From positions 1-61,335 of IMG/VR virus record IMGVR_UViG_3300008261_000017: DNA of 61,335 nt; one strand, given 5' to 3'. The notes under the pieces are model-generated. The model saw nothing but the letters and a program-made list of their open reading frames with translations. It was not told the origin of the DNA and made no database searches. A program made the translations under genes and the position numbers. This stretch comes from a virus. Lineage: Duplodnaviria > Caudoviricetes. Of the stretch, positions 47,918-56,371 are shown piece after piece (the stretch's first letter is position 1; every line of letters starts with the position of its first letter).

Positions 47918-49387
47918 ATGAAACTCAAACAACTGATGCTTGCACCTGTTGCTCTGGGTATGGTTGCTCCTGTTGCTGCGAATGCCGCAGACCTTAATAT
48001 GGCAGCAGTCAACCAATACAATACTTCTGAGCAGGTTACAAGTATTACTCAACTTTCTGATGTGCAACCCACTGATTGGGCATATCAGGCACTAAGCAAC
48101 CTCGTAGAACGTTATGGTTGCGTTGCTGGTTACCCCAATGGCACTTATGGTGGTGGTAAGGCAATGTCCCGTTATGAGGCAGCAGCACTTCTGAATGCTT
48201 GCCTTGATCGTGTGACTGAAGTTACTGATGAATTGAAGCGTCTTGCTGATGAATTCCGCAACGAACTGACTACTATTCAAGGTAGTGTTGCTAAACTCGA
48301 AGCTCAAGTTGGAGAATTGGAGGCAACTCAGTTCTCCACCACTACCAAACTGCGTGGTGAAGCAAACTTTGTTCTTGGTGGTGTTGATGATTATCAGACT
48401 AAGACTGGTGACATTACTCATACTGCATTCAATTACGATTTGCGTCTGAACCTGGATACTTCATTCACTGGCAAAGATCTGCTGAAAACTCGTCTGCGTT
48501 CTGCTAACTTCAGCAGCAATCCTTTCGGTTCTAGTTCGTCTATCTTCAAACTGGATAAGGCAGACAACACCACCAGTGAAGTTGGTAACAACGTAGTTAT
48601 CGACCGTCTGTATTATTCATTCCCTGCGTTCAACAACAAAGCAACCCTGACTGCTGGTGCTCTGGTTCGTAACACTGAGATGGCATGGATTCCTACTGCA
48701 TATAAGTCTGGCATCCTTGACTTCTTTGCTGTTGCAGGTACTCCTGGTGTGTACAACAAAGCAACTGGTTCTGGTTTTGGTGCTCAGTATGGCAAGAAGG
48801 GTCTTGTTGCTGGTGTAAACTATGTTGCACAAAATGGTCAAGACAGTTCTACTGGTGAGTTTGACAAGACTGGTGCTCTGAATACTCTGGCACAAATCGG
48901 TTATCGTGGCACTAACTGGGGTGCTGCTTTCGGTTATCGTTATGGCACCGAAGGCACTCGTGTTCGTACTTATAACGGTCTGAATGGTGCTTCTGGCACT
49001 CTGGTTCCTGGTCAAACCTCCAATGGTTATGCCCTGAACGCATACTGGCAACCCGAGAAAGCAGGTATTGTTCCTTCTATCTCTGCTGGTTATGGTTGGA
49101 ACACTGTAAGTGGTACTGTTAGTGATGCTACCGATAGTCAGTCTTGGTTTGCTGGTCTAACTTGGGATGACGTGTTTGTTGATGGCAACTCTGCTGGTGT
49201 TGCTATCGGTCAAGCACCTACTGGTGAGAACCTTGAGAAGTCCACGATGCTTGAAATCTTCTACAAGTATCAAGTATCTGACAACATTAGTGTCACTCCT
49301 GCTATCATCTACGGTAGTGACAACCAACGTCTTGCTAACAACTCCTCCAACTGGGGTGGTGTAATCCAAACTACCTTCAAGTTCTGA
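47918..49387 (+). CDS. cyanobacterial-type outer membrane porin with SLH domain (SomA/OprB-like)
   Basis: Signal peptide, SDVQPTDWAYQAL..LVERYGC, FSTTTKL.GE, terminal TTFKF. Confidence 0.93.
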   Translation: MKLKQLMLAPVALGMVAPVAANAADLNMAAVNQYNTSEQVTSITQLSDVQPTDWAYQALSNLVERYGCVAGYPNGTYGGGKAMSRYEAAALLNACLDRVTEVTDELKRLADEFRNELTTIQGSVAKLEAQVGELEATQFSTTTKLRGEANFVLGGVDDYQTKTGDITHTAFNYDLRLNLDTSFTGKDLLKTRLRSANFSSNPFGSSSSIFKLDKADNTTSEVGNNVVIDRLYYSFPAFNNKATLTAGALVRNTEMAWIPTAYKSGILDFFAVAGTPGVYNKATGSGFGAQYGKKGLVAGVNYVAQNGQDSSTGEFDKTGALNTLAQIGYRGTNWGAAFGYRYGTEGTRVRTYNGLNGASGTLVPGQTSNGYALNAYWQPEKAGIVPSISAGYGWNTVSGTVSDATDSQSWFAGLTWDDVFVDGNSAGVAIGQAPTGENLEKSTMLEIFYKYQVSDNISVTPAIIYGSDNQRLANNSSNWGGVIQTTFKF

Positions 49388-49480
49388 TAAGTCAGGAAAT
49401 CTAAATAAAATCTTAAGAGGGGTCTTGACAGACCCTTTTTTTTGCTATATACTTTTGTAATACTTCTTTACAAAAGTACA

Positions 49481-49690
49481 ATGACTGTTACAAAAAACGA
49501 GTTCGGGCAAATGAATATGTTTGCCAAAGAACCTTCGATGTATATGACCAAGGAAGACCTTGAACGTTATGGCATCGAACCCTATGCTGAGAAAGCGGAG
49601 AAAATGAATGGACGTTGGGCAATGCTCGGTATTGTTGCTGGTGCTATTTCTTATTCTCTCACTGGGCACCTCTTCTTTGGAGTAGTTTGA
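49481..49690 (+). CDS. hli: high-light inducible protein
   Basis: NMFAKEP, AEKMNGRWAMLG. Confidence 0.92.
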   Translation: MTVTKNEFGQMNMFAKEPSMYMTKEDLERYGIEPYAEKAEKMNGRWAMLGIVAGAISYSLTGHLFFGVV

Positions 49691-49699
49691 GACTTGACA

Positions 49700-49786
49700 A
49701 TGACTTCACTTATCTTTACAATGACATCCGTTGCCTTTTTTGTTTTACTGGCAGCATCTGTTGAAAAACTTTGCGAGACTTACTAA
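49700..49786 (+). CDS. single-TM microprotein, 28 aa (not in ORF track)
   Basis: [28 protein letters not shown]; TAATG overlap with petF. Confidence 0.55.
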   Translation: MTSLIFTMTSVAFFVLLAASVEKLCETY

Positions 49787-50079
49787 TGACCGTTTTTAAT
49801 GTCACTCTTCAATCTCCTGATGGCACCGAAACTACAATTCAATGTCAAGATGACCAATACATTCTTGAAGCAGCAGAAGAAGCAGGTATCGACCTTCCTT
49901 CTTCATGTAAAGCAGGTGCTTGCTCGGCTTGTGCTGGAAAACTCATCTCTGGCACCGTAGATAATGAGGAGCAATCATTCCTTGATGATGAGCAGCAGGC
50001 AGAAGGTTGGGTGCTGACTTGTGTAGCATATCCCACTAGTGACTGTGTTATTCTTACTGAGCAGGAAGAGAACCTGTGA
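49786..50079 (+). CDS. petF: plant-type [2Fe-2S] ferredoxin
   Basis: [10 protein letters not shown]...LTCVAYP. Confidence 0.96.
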   Translation: MTVFNVTLQSPDGTETTIQCQDDQYILEAAEEAGIDLPSSCKAGACSACAGKLISGTVDNEEQSFLDDEQQAEGWVLTCVAYPTSDCVILTEQEENL

Positions 50080-50357
50080 GCAGTGCTAGCATGTTAGGGC
50101 AGTTTGCTATTGCTCTTGAAACACTTGGATGGGATAAAGATGATGACATCTCAGTTGAAATTGGTGGAGTAGCAGTAACAGGAACTGCTACCAGTCCAAA
50201 CGCAAACCCAAAATGGGCAAAACCTTTTGGAACAGTCAGTTATCAAAATGATGCTTTCATCGTAATTAAAAACAAATCAAGGAACCCAGTTGTTCCTTCA
50301 CAACCAAATCCTGAACTTAAACAACGACACCCTTATAATGGAACACTCACTAATTGA
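50076..50357 (+). CDS. conserved hypothetical
   Basis: [24 protein letters not shown]. Confidence 0.7.
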   Translation: MSSASMLGQFAIALETLGWDKDDDISVEIGGVAVTGTATSPNANPKWAKPFGTVSYQNDAFIVIKNKSRNPVVPSQPNPELKQRHPYNGTLTN

Positions 50358-50523
50358 ACTGCTGACTTATTATGTAATCGTTGCTGCTCTGTTTATTGGA
50401 GCACCAGCAGTATTTTTTACAATCGTTTTCATGCCAGCACTTATGAATACAAAAGGTGCTGTGGTCGGGTATAAAATTCACCGAGATTATGGTGAAACAT
50501 CTATCTATTCTAAAGTAAAGTAA
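50338..50523 (+). CDS. single-TM small protein
   Basis: IGAPAVFFTIVFMPALMNTKG. Confidence 0.7.
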   Translation: MEHSLIELLTYYVIVAALFIGAPAVFFTIVFMPALMNTKGAVVGYKIHRDYGETSIYSKVK

Positions 50524-50538
50524 TTAAGGAGAAAAACA

Positions 50539-50646
50539 ATGAACGAAAGAGCTGAGCGTATTAATGGATGGGCAGCAATGATTGGTATTGTCGCTGCTAT
50601 TGGCAGTTATGCCGCTACTGGTCAAATCATCCCTGGTATTTGGTGA
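50539..50646 (+). CDS. hli: high-light inducible protein, 35 aa (not in ORF track)
   Basis: MNERAERINGWAAMIG...TGQIIPGIW; AAGGAG SD. Confidence 0.92.
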   Translation: MNERAERINGWAAMIGIVAAIGSYAATGQIIPGIW

Positions 50647-50647
50647 T

Positions 50648-50791
50648 ATGAAGTGTAAAGTGCAGTTGTATGTGGCAGGTAAGGTCTTTCACGAAATCGT
50701 AGAGGCAAGAGATTATAAAGATGCAAGAGAAACTGCACTTGCACGAAATCCAAATGCCAAAGTTGTTGGAGTTACTGCTGTTTTTGATTGA
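50648..50791 (+). CDS. small hypothetical, 47 aa
   Basis: MKCKVQLYVAGKVF.E.VEARDY.DA..TALARNP. Confidence 0.75.
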   Translation: MKCKVQLYVAGKVFHEIVEARDYKDARETALARNPNAKVVGVTAVFD

Positions 50792-50796
50792 TACTT

Positions 50797-51369
50797 ATGT
50801 TTAATATTTTTAAGAAAAAAGAGAATACTATGGAGGTTCCTGTGCGTAAAGAAAAATATATTATTCCTGCTGTTGATTTTGTGTTTCGTGAGAACAGTGA
50901 ATTTGTAACTCGTACTAGTGGTGAATTGTTTGATGGTAAACGAGTAATCATTTTCTCACTCCCTGGTGCTTTTACTCCAACTTGTTCTGCATATCAACTT
51001 CCTGGATTTGAAGATAGGTATGAGGAATTTAAAGTACTTGGAATTGATGAAATTTATTGCATCTCTGTCAATGATGGATTCGTGATGAATGCTTGGGCAA
51101 AGGAGCAAAATATTCAAAAAGTAAAACTGATTCCTGACGGTAATGCATACTTCACACGTTCTATGGGATATCTTGTCACTAAATCTAACCTTGGTTTTGG
51201 TGATAGGTCTTGGCGTTATGCTGCGGTCGTGGATAATGGAGTCATCGAGAAACTATTCGTTGAAGATGGTATGCGTGACAACGCAGACACCGACCCATAT
51301 GAAAAGAGCACACCAGAAAACGTTCTTGAGTATGTGAAGTCTACGGTGCGTGAAACTGCAACTGTTTGA
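50797..51369 (+). CDS. peroxiredoxin (Prx5/type II)
   Basis: LPGAFTPTCS, SVND.FVM.AW, RSWRYA; start may be 50830. Confidence 0.93.
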   Translation: MFNIFKKKENTMEVPVRKEKYIIPAVDFVFRENSEFVTRTSGELFDGKRVIIFSLPGAFTPTCSAYQLPGFEDRYEEFKVLGIDEIYCISVNDGFVMNAWAKEQNIQKVKLIPDGNAYFTRSMGYLVTKSNLGFGDRSWRYAAVVDNGVIEKLFVEDGMRDNADTDPYEKSTPENVLEYVKSTVRETATV

Positions 51370-51389
51370 AACAATAAGAAATAATACTC

Positions 51390-51423
51390 ATCTCTGCCCT
51401 ATATAAAGGGCAGAGATTTTTTT
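51390..51423 (+). terminator. intrinsic terminator
   Basis: ATCTCTGCCCT-ATATAA-AGGGCAGAGAT plus T-run. Confidence 0.8.
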
Positions 51424-51428
51424 ATGCT

Positions 51429-51590
51429 ATGCCTAGAGGACAAATTACAAAAGACCTCATTAAATATGAAGTTTTAAAGATAAAAGCAGAATTGGATAAA
51501 GATAATCATTTATGGGGACAAGACCCGAAGAGTATTGCACATAGATATTTGAATAAAATTTTAGATAAAATAGAAGAATATGGATACTAA
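51429..51590 (+). CDS. small hypothetical, 53 aa (not in ORF track)
   Basis: MPRGQITKD...AHRYLNKILDKIEEY. Confidence 0.7.
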   Translation: MPRGQITKDLIKYEVLKIKAELDKDNHLWGQDPKSIAHRYLNKILDKIEEYGY

Positions 51591-51628
51591 ATAATCAAAT
51601 CCCAATTTTGGGCATTTAAGTTAAACAT

Positions 51629-51823
51629 ATGTCTAATTTAACTAGAGAGGTATTGATTAAAACCATTGTCGCAGAAGAGATGATGGGGTGTACAGGGGAG
51701 GATTATCACCAAAGATTGAAGTCTCTTTATCATAAATGGGAACATGAGTCTAGTGAAAATATATGCAAAAAATATAATGAATTAGAAACAACCCACCTTA
51801 CCGTAGATGACCTAAAACCATAA
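51629..51823 (+). CDS. small hypothetical
   Basis: ORF track; after CTAAATA. Confidence 0.7.
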   Translation: MSNLTREVLIKTIVAEEMMGCTGEDYHQRLKSLYHKWEHESSENICKKYNELETTHLTVDDLKP

Positions 51824-51851
51824 ATATCTTCAGTGTCAAAAATAGATATCT

Positions 51852-52523
51852 ATGACCTTAGATCTTCATAACTTTTTTAAATTTTATGATGATAAGAACC
51901 CCAACCACGTTGCTGCGGTTCAGTGGCTAGAGGACAATCTTCCAGAGAAGTTTTTGGATGATGCACAATCCGATTGGGTTAGTATTTTTAGAACTGCTCC
52001 ACCTACACCAGCAATACTGCCTGTTCCTTATTTTAATCAGGTAGATAATTATAGAGATGCACATAGAACTTGCAATTCTTCTTCTTGTGCAATGTGCCTT
52101 GCTTATTTAAAACCAGGTTCAATTAAAGGTGATGATGAGTACGTTAAGAAAGTATTCGCAATTGGTGATACAACTGACCATGCTGTGCAGACGAAAGTTC
52201 TTGCAGGTTATGGAGTCAAGTCACACTTTAGTTACAATTTATCTTTTGCTGATATTGATAAGAGTCTTGATGCTGGAAAACCCGTTGTTATTGGTATTCT
52301 TCACAGGGGTTCTTTATCTGCACCTACTGGTGGGCATATGTGTGTTGTAATCGGCAAGACTCCAGACGGTAAAGGGTATTACGTAAATGACCCATATGGT
52401 TCACTGAACGACAATTACAGTGGTCCAGTCACAAATGGTAAGAAGACCATTTACACCAAAGCAGTTCTTAAGCATCGTTGGTGCCCAGGTGGCAACGATG
52501 GTTGGGGTAGAATTTTTGATTGA
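51852..52523 (+). CDS. C39-like cysteine peptidase with N-terminal LHNFFKFYD domain
   Basis: VPYFNQ, RTCNSSSCAM, GGHMCVVIG, VNDPYG; late promoter CATAAATA 51819. Confidence 0.8.
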   Translation: MTLDLHNFFKFYDDKNPNHVAAVQWLEDNLPEKFLDDAQSDWVSIFRTAPPTPAILPVPYFNQVDNYRDAHRTCNSSSCAMCLAYLKPGSIKGDDEYVKKVFAIGDTTDHAVQTKVLAGYGVKSHFSYNLSFADIDKSLDAGKPVVIGILHRGSLSAPTGGHMCVVIGKTPDGKGYYVNDPYGSLNDNYSGPVTNGKKTIYTKAVLKHRWCPGGNDGWGRIFD

Positions 52524-52537
52524 TAGGAGAATAACAA

Positions 52538-52762
52538 ATGGCAAGAGTAGACTTACATAACTTTTTTAAGTTTTACGACGAGAGAAATCCAAGTCATATC
52601 AAAGCAGTTCAATGGTTAGAAGATAATCTGCCAGCAACATATCTTGAGGATAATGCTGATTGGGCAGATATTTTTAGAGGTAAAAAATCTGCTTCTGGTT
52701 CATCTGAACCTGCTGCTAGTGGAGATGTTTGCCCACATTGTGGCAAATCTTTGGGAAAGTAG
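52538..52762 (+). CDS. LHNFFKFYD-domain protein; N-terminal part of probable frameshifted endolysin
   Basis: AGGAG SD; near-identical to N-terminus of the upstream peptidase; ends TTG GGA AAG TAG. Confidence 0.8.
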   Translation: MARVDLHNFFKFYDERNPSHIKAVQWLEDNLPATYLEDNADWADIFRGKKSASGSSEPAASGDVCPHCGKSLGK

Positions 52763-52782
52763 GAGGGGCAGCTCCTTCTACT
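52753..52782 (+). promoter_or_regulatory. putative -1 ribosomal frameshift signal
   Basis: In-frame G_GGA_AAG heptamer then hairpin AGTAGGAGGGG-CAG-CTCCTTCTACT. Confidence 0.65.
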
Positions 52783-53274
52783 TCTGGTGCTGCCCAAACT
52801 AGTGGTGATGATGTCCCAATGATGGGCATTAAATTAATTAAAGAATTTGAAGGATGTCATTTAAATGCTTATCCCGACCCTCTAACAGGTGGACTTCCAA
52901 TTACTATTGGTTGGGGTTCAACAAGAGATAAGAATGGTAAACCATTCCAAATGGGTGATAGTATCACTCAACAAGAAGCTGATGAGTTATTAATCAGTCA
53001 GTGTAAGAATCAGTTTCTTCCAGCACTTAGAAAAATCCCACATTGGAATGAGATGTCAGATGGAAAAAGAGGCGCTCTGCTCAGCTTTGCTTATAATCTC
53101 GGTGCTGGTTTCTACGGTGGTGATAACTTTAATACTATTACTAAACGCCTAAAGAATAAAGAATGGGACTTAGTTCCCGATGCTCTTTATCTTTACCGTA
53201 ATCCTGGTTCAAATGTAGAAGCAGGTTTGGCACGTAGAAGAAAAGCAGAAGGAGAATCTTGGAAAAAGGGATGA
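52759..53274 (+). CDS. GH24 lysozyme/endolysin domain (-1 frame)
   Basis: LIKEFEG, AYPD, TIGWGST, ALLSFAYNLG, GLARRR.AE; no evident SD of its own. Confidence 0.9.
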   Translation, partial: VGGAAPSTSGAAQTSGDDVPMMGIKLIKEFEGCHLNAYPDPLTGGLPITIGWGSTRDKNGKPFQMGDSITQQEADELLISQCKNQFLPALRKIPHWNEMSDGKRGALLSFAYNLGAGFYGGDNFNTITKRLKNKEWDLVPDALYLYRNPGSNVEAGLARRRKAEGESWKKG

Positions 53275-53280
53275 TAAATA

Positions 53281-53370
53281 GTTTCAACCATTGAGTTGAA
53301 ACAACTCGACCACACACCACGGTGAGTTGCGTTTGGTAGTTCTTGGAGATAACTGCTAAACCAACCACCG
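53281..53370 (+). ncRNA. candidate three-hairpin leader RNA after late promoter GATAAATA (53273)
   Basis: GTTTCAAC/GTTGAAAC; CAACTC..ACC/GGT-GAGTTG; GTTTGGTAGTT/AACTGCTAAAC. Confidence 0.5.
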
Positions 53371-53377
53371 TATTTTT

Positions 53378-55525
53378 ATGTCTAACTACACGCAAAGGGC
53401 GCTGTCACTAGCGTCTGCGCTTCTTATTGGAGTGCCAACCGCAGCATTCGCAGAAACAATATCTGGAACAGATTTTGAGACTGGAGACACTTCGGGATGG
53501 AACACTGGAACTCAAACTGGAACATTGGATAGTACTATCACGGGAGGAGGGACTGGTGTTAGTGTCGTAGATAATCCAGTTATCTTCAATGCTGATTCTT
53601 TTCAGGCAATAGGAAGTCCAACATTACAAGATGGTTCTCCTAATCCATATTATGCACCCGCAGTAACACCAACCACTTGGGAGTTTGCTCCTTACGGAAC
53701 TGCTGGTGCTGCATTACAACCAAACGGTCAACAAACATTTAACCAAGCAACAGAAGCACTTGGTTTAACACCAGAACAAAATCAAGCAATAAGAGACCTT
53801 CTTATTCAACAACAGCAAGCATCAGGACTTGGAAATCCAAACCCAACTGATGCTGCTTGGATTACAAAATCAGTCACCTTAGAGACTGGAAAAATCTATA
53901 CAATGTCTTGGAACTACATTGGAACTGATTATGTTCCATTCAATGATGGTTCCATTACTTCACTTGTTTATCAAGGTTCAGGTTCTTCTCCATCAGTAAC
54001 AGTTAATAACCAACTTCAGAACTATGCGTTACTTGGATTTACTAATCCAGGAACAGGTGATTATTCTACAGGTTCTTTTGGTTCTACTGGATGGCAGTAT
54101 TCAACTTATCAGGTAGGTGCTGATGGTGATTATCTCTTAGGATTTGCAGTATTCAACCTTGGAGATACAGCATTATCACCAGTTCTTTTAGTTGATAGTC
54201 AACCTGGAACTACAACAGCAAACGGAGAGACATTCACTCCTGTTGCTCCAAACAATCCAGATGCACCATCTGTTGATGAGGTAGCACCAACTCCAACACC
54301 AGAACCAGAACCCACACCAGAACCAGAACCAACTCCAGAACCAACCCCTGAACCTACACCAGAACCAGAGCCAACTCCTGAACCAACTCCTGAACCTACA
54401 CCAGAACCAACTCCTGAACCTACACCAGAACCAACTCCTGAACCTACACCAGAACCAACTCCTGAACCTACACCAGAACCAACTCCTGAACCTACACCAG
54501 AACCAGAACCACCAACATTATTAAACTCTGTGACTGTTCCTGCACCAGGACTTCCAGTTGTTGTTACCACAGAAGTAACTCATACGGCAACAGAAGAAAA
54601 TGGAGTTCAGAAGATTAGGAGAGATGCGGAAATTACAACTAAAACTCCACTATTGAAGCAAGATACTTATAGTGATGGAACTGTTGTAGCATCATTAATT
54701 CTTTCTGTTGATACTGAAAATAAGCATAATGTTATTTCTGGTCGTGTAGATCAACATGAAGTTTTAGATAAGATTGGTGGTGGATTACAAAATCTGTTTA
54801 TCTACGAACCAACTGAGCCAAGCACAGACAGAGTAAGAGTATTTAATAACAACTATTATGCATGGTCTTCTGGTGAGAATGGATACAGTGGTAAGACTTT
54901 AATCATTGGTGGTGGATTAGAGATTGATATTAAACCAACTTGGACTGTTGGTGCTCAATACAATAATATGAATATTGATTTAGGTGGAGTTGATAGTACT
55001 TCTAAACTTCTGAAAAATCATTATGGAATATTCAATATGTTCCGTGGAAATACATTTTCACTCCTAACTAATGCTGGATTTACCCAGAACAAATATAAAG
55101 TTAAGAGAACAGTTCAAGGTATCTTTGGAAATGAAAGTTCATCACAGGGAAAAGAGTGGTTTGTAAATAACAAACTATTCTGGCACCTCAATAAGAATAT
55201 AACTCCATTTGTTGGATACACTGTTGGTAACTATCAGAGAGATGGGTTTACTGAAAGTGGATCAATTATATCAAGAAGAACTGTTGATGCCATTAATGAA
55301 ACTTCACACTCTGGTGAGGTGGGTCTAAATATTTCACACCGTTTTGGTGGAAAGAAAAAGGACTTATTTGGAATGGGTGTTGCTGGTTCTTATGATACTA
55401 CTGGAATGATTGAAGTATCCGCTTCTGCTGATTATAAGGAGATGGTCATTATTGAAGGAATACATCAAATCAATGATGGTGTTTCTAATACAGCAGTTTC
55501 CGCAAAAGTGAAATTTAAGTTCTGA
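53378..55525 (+). CDS. autotransporter-like protein: signal peptide, beta-rich passenger, PE/PT linker, C-terminal beta-barrel
   Basis: AFA signal; (PEPT)n; aromatic-girdle strands; ends VKFKF. Confidence 0.7.
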   Translation: MSNYTQRALSLASALLIGVPTAAFAETISGTDFETGDTSGWNTGTQTGTLDSTITGGGTGVSVVDNPVIFNADSFQAIGSPTLQDGSPNPYYAPAVTPTTWEFAPYGTAGAALQPNGQQTFNQATEALGLTPEQNQAIRDLLIQQQQASGLGNPNPTDAAWITKSVTLETGKIYTMSWNYIGTDYVPFNDGSITSLVYQGSGSSPSVTVNNQLQNYALLGFTNPGTGDYSTGSFGSTGWQYSTYQVGADGDYLLGFAVFNLGDTALSPVLLVDSQPGTTTANGETFTPVAPNNPDAPSVDEVAPTPTPEPEPTPEPEPTPEPTPEPTPEPEPTPEPTPEPTPEPTPEPTPEPTPEPTPEPTPEPTPEPTPEPTPEPEPPTLLNSVTVPAPGLPVVVTTEVTHTATEENGVQKIRRDAEITTKTPLLKQDTYSDGTVVASLILSVDTENKHNVISGRVDQHEVLDKIGGGLQNLFIYEPTEPSTDRVRVFNNNYYAWSSGENGYSGKTLIIGGGLEIDIKPTWTVGAQYNNMNIDLGGVDSTSKLLKNHYGIFNMFRGNTFSLLTNAGFTQNKYKVKRTVQGIFGNESSSQGKEWFVNNKLFWHLNKNITPFVGYTVGNYQRDGFTESGSIISRRTVDAINETSHSGEVGLNISHRFGGKKKDLFGMGVAGSYDTTGMIEVSASADYKEMVIIEGIHQINDGVSNTAVSAKVKFKF
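54287..54513 (+). repeat. Pro-Glu-Pro-Thr tandem repeat
   Basis: Repeated CCAGAACCAACTCCTGAACCTACA 24-mers and variants. Confidence 0.95.
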
Positions 55526-55564
55526 TTTACCTAAATATGAGGTAGAACATCATCACAAAGACTG

Positions 55565-55954
55565 ATGGATAAACAAAAAGAAAATCGTATGAGTACATTG
55601 ATTCGTATTGCTATCTTGAGTTGGTCCGCTGCTCTTCTGACAGCAAGTTATGCAGGTGCTCTTGCTAAAATGGACCCGACATTTATTGCAACAGTATTCA
55701 CTGCATCTGCTGCTACCTTTGGTATCAATACTATGAAGAAAGGTGGTGATGAAGATGATGAAAAGAAACCAGAACCAAGAAGAGAGGAGTACGTAGTCAC
55801 TCCTCCAGTTTTTCAAACTCCAGAAGTTGAATCCCCCGTTATTCTCTCTGAAGAAACTTCAGAAAGTCAAGGTGATTCTTCTTTAGTCGAAAGAGTGGAA
55901 GCACTTGAAGCAAAAGTTGATGAAGAAAAGCCATACCAAAGAGGAGAACTTTGA
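55565..55954 (+). CDS. two-TM protein with acidic tail
   Basis: ILSWSAALLTASY, MDPTFIATVFT. Confidence 0.75.
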   Translation: MDKQKENRMSTLIRIAILSWSAALLTASYAGALAKMDPTFIATVFTASAATFGINTMKKGGDEDDEKKPEPRREEYVVTPPVFQTPEVESPVILSEETSESQGDSSLVERVEALEAKVDEEKPYQRGEL

Positions 55955-56067
55955 TGGCAAAGTCTGCAAATAAAGGTAAAAAAGGTTCTGCTGGAGGTAA
56001 GCAATCCAAGCAAAATCAAGGCAATGCAATTGCTAAAAAAGCAAAGAATGGTGGGAAGAAAAAATGA
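55954..56067 (+). CDS. Lys/Gly-rich basic peptide, 37 aa (not in ORF track)
   Basis: MAKSANKGKKGSAGGKQSKQNQG...; GAGGAG SD; coupled stop/start. Confidence 0.65.
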   Translation: MAKSANKGKKGSAGGKQSKQNQGNAIAKKAKNGGKKK

Positions 56068-56243
56068 TTGAATTTGTGACTTTGATTGTGGTTGGTCATG
56101 TATTAGTTGGACCTGATTTATGCCAAACTGATTTTTTCGGTGATAACCAAATATACACATTTACATACTTATGCCAAGAGAATGGAACACTCCTAAACGA
56201 GAGTGTTGGAATGCTCCCATCCACCAAATACTTAAAGCAATAG
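56064..56243 (+). CDS. small hypothetical, 59 aa (not in ORF track)
   Basis: MIEFVTLIVVGHVLVGPDLCQTDF...; ATGA overlap; overlaps next ORF by 73 nt. Confidence 0.5.
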   Translation: MIEFVTLIVVGHVLVGPDLCQTDFFGDNQIYTFTYLCQENGTLLNESVGMLPSTKYLKQ

Positions 56244-56371
56244 ATAACCACACCCGTCTCTACATGCAGACGGGTGATTTTTGGCATGAAGAACAGGCCC
56301 AGATATTGAGAAAGTATGTAAAAGATTTGAAAGTCTGGATACATAAGGAAGAAGGTTGGTGGAACGAATGA
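56171..56371 (+). CDS. small hypothetical
   Basis: WNAPIHQILKAIDNH. Confidence 0.7.
   Translation: MPREWNTPKRECWNAPIHQILKAIDNHTRLYMQTGDFWHEEQAQILRKYVKDLKVWIHKEEGWWNE

Noticed and set aside
49700-49786. Assigning the 28-aa peptide to a KdpF-like or photosystem subunit
   Set aside because: Only generic hydrophobic similarity; left as hypothetical
54199-54570. Minus-strand (GSGV)n ORF, or a CRISPR-like reading of the repeat
   Set aside because: It is the antisense shadow of the coding PEPT repeat; no unique spacers and no cas genes
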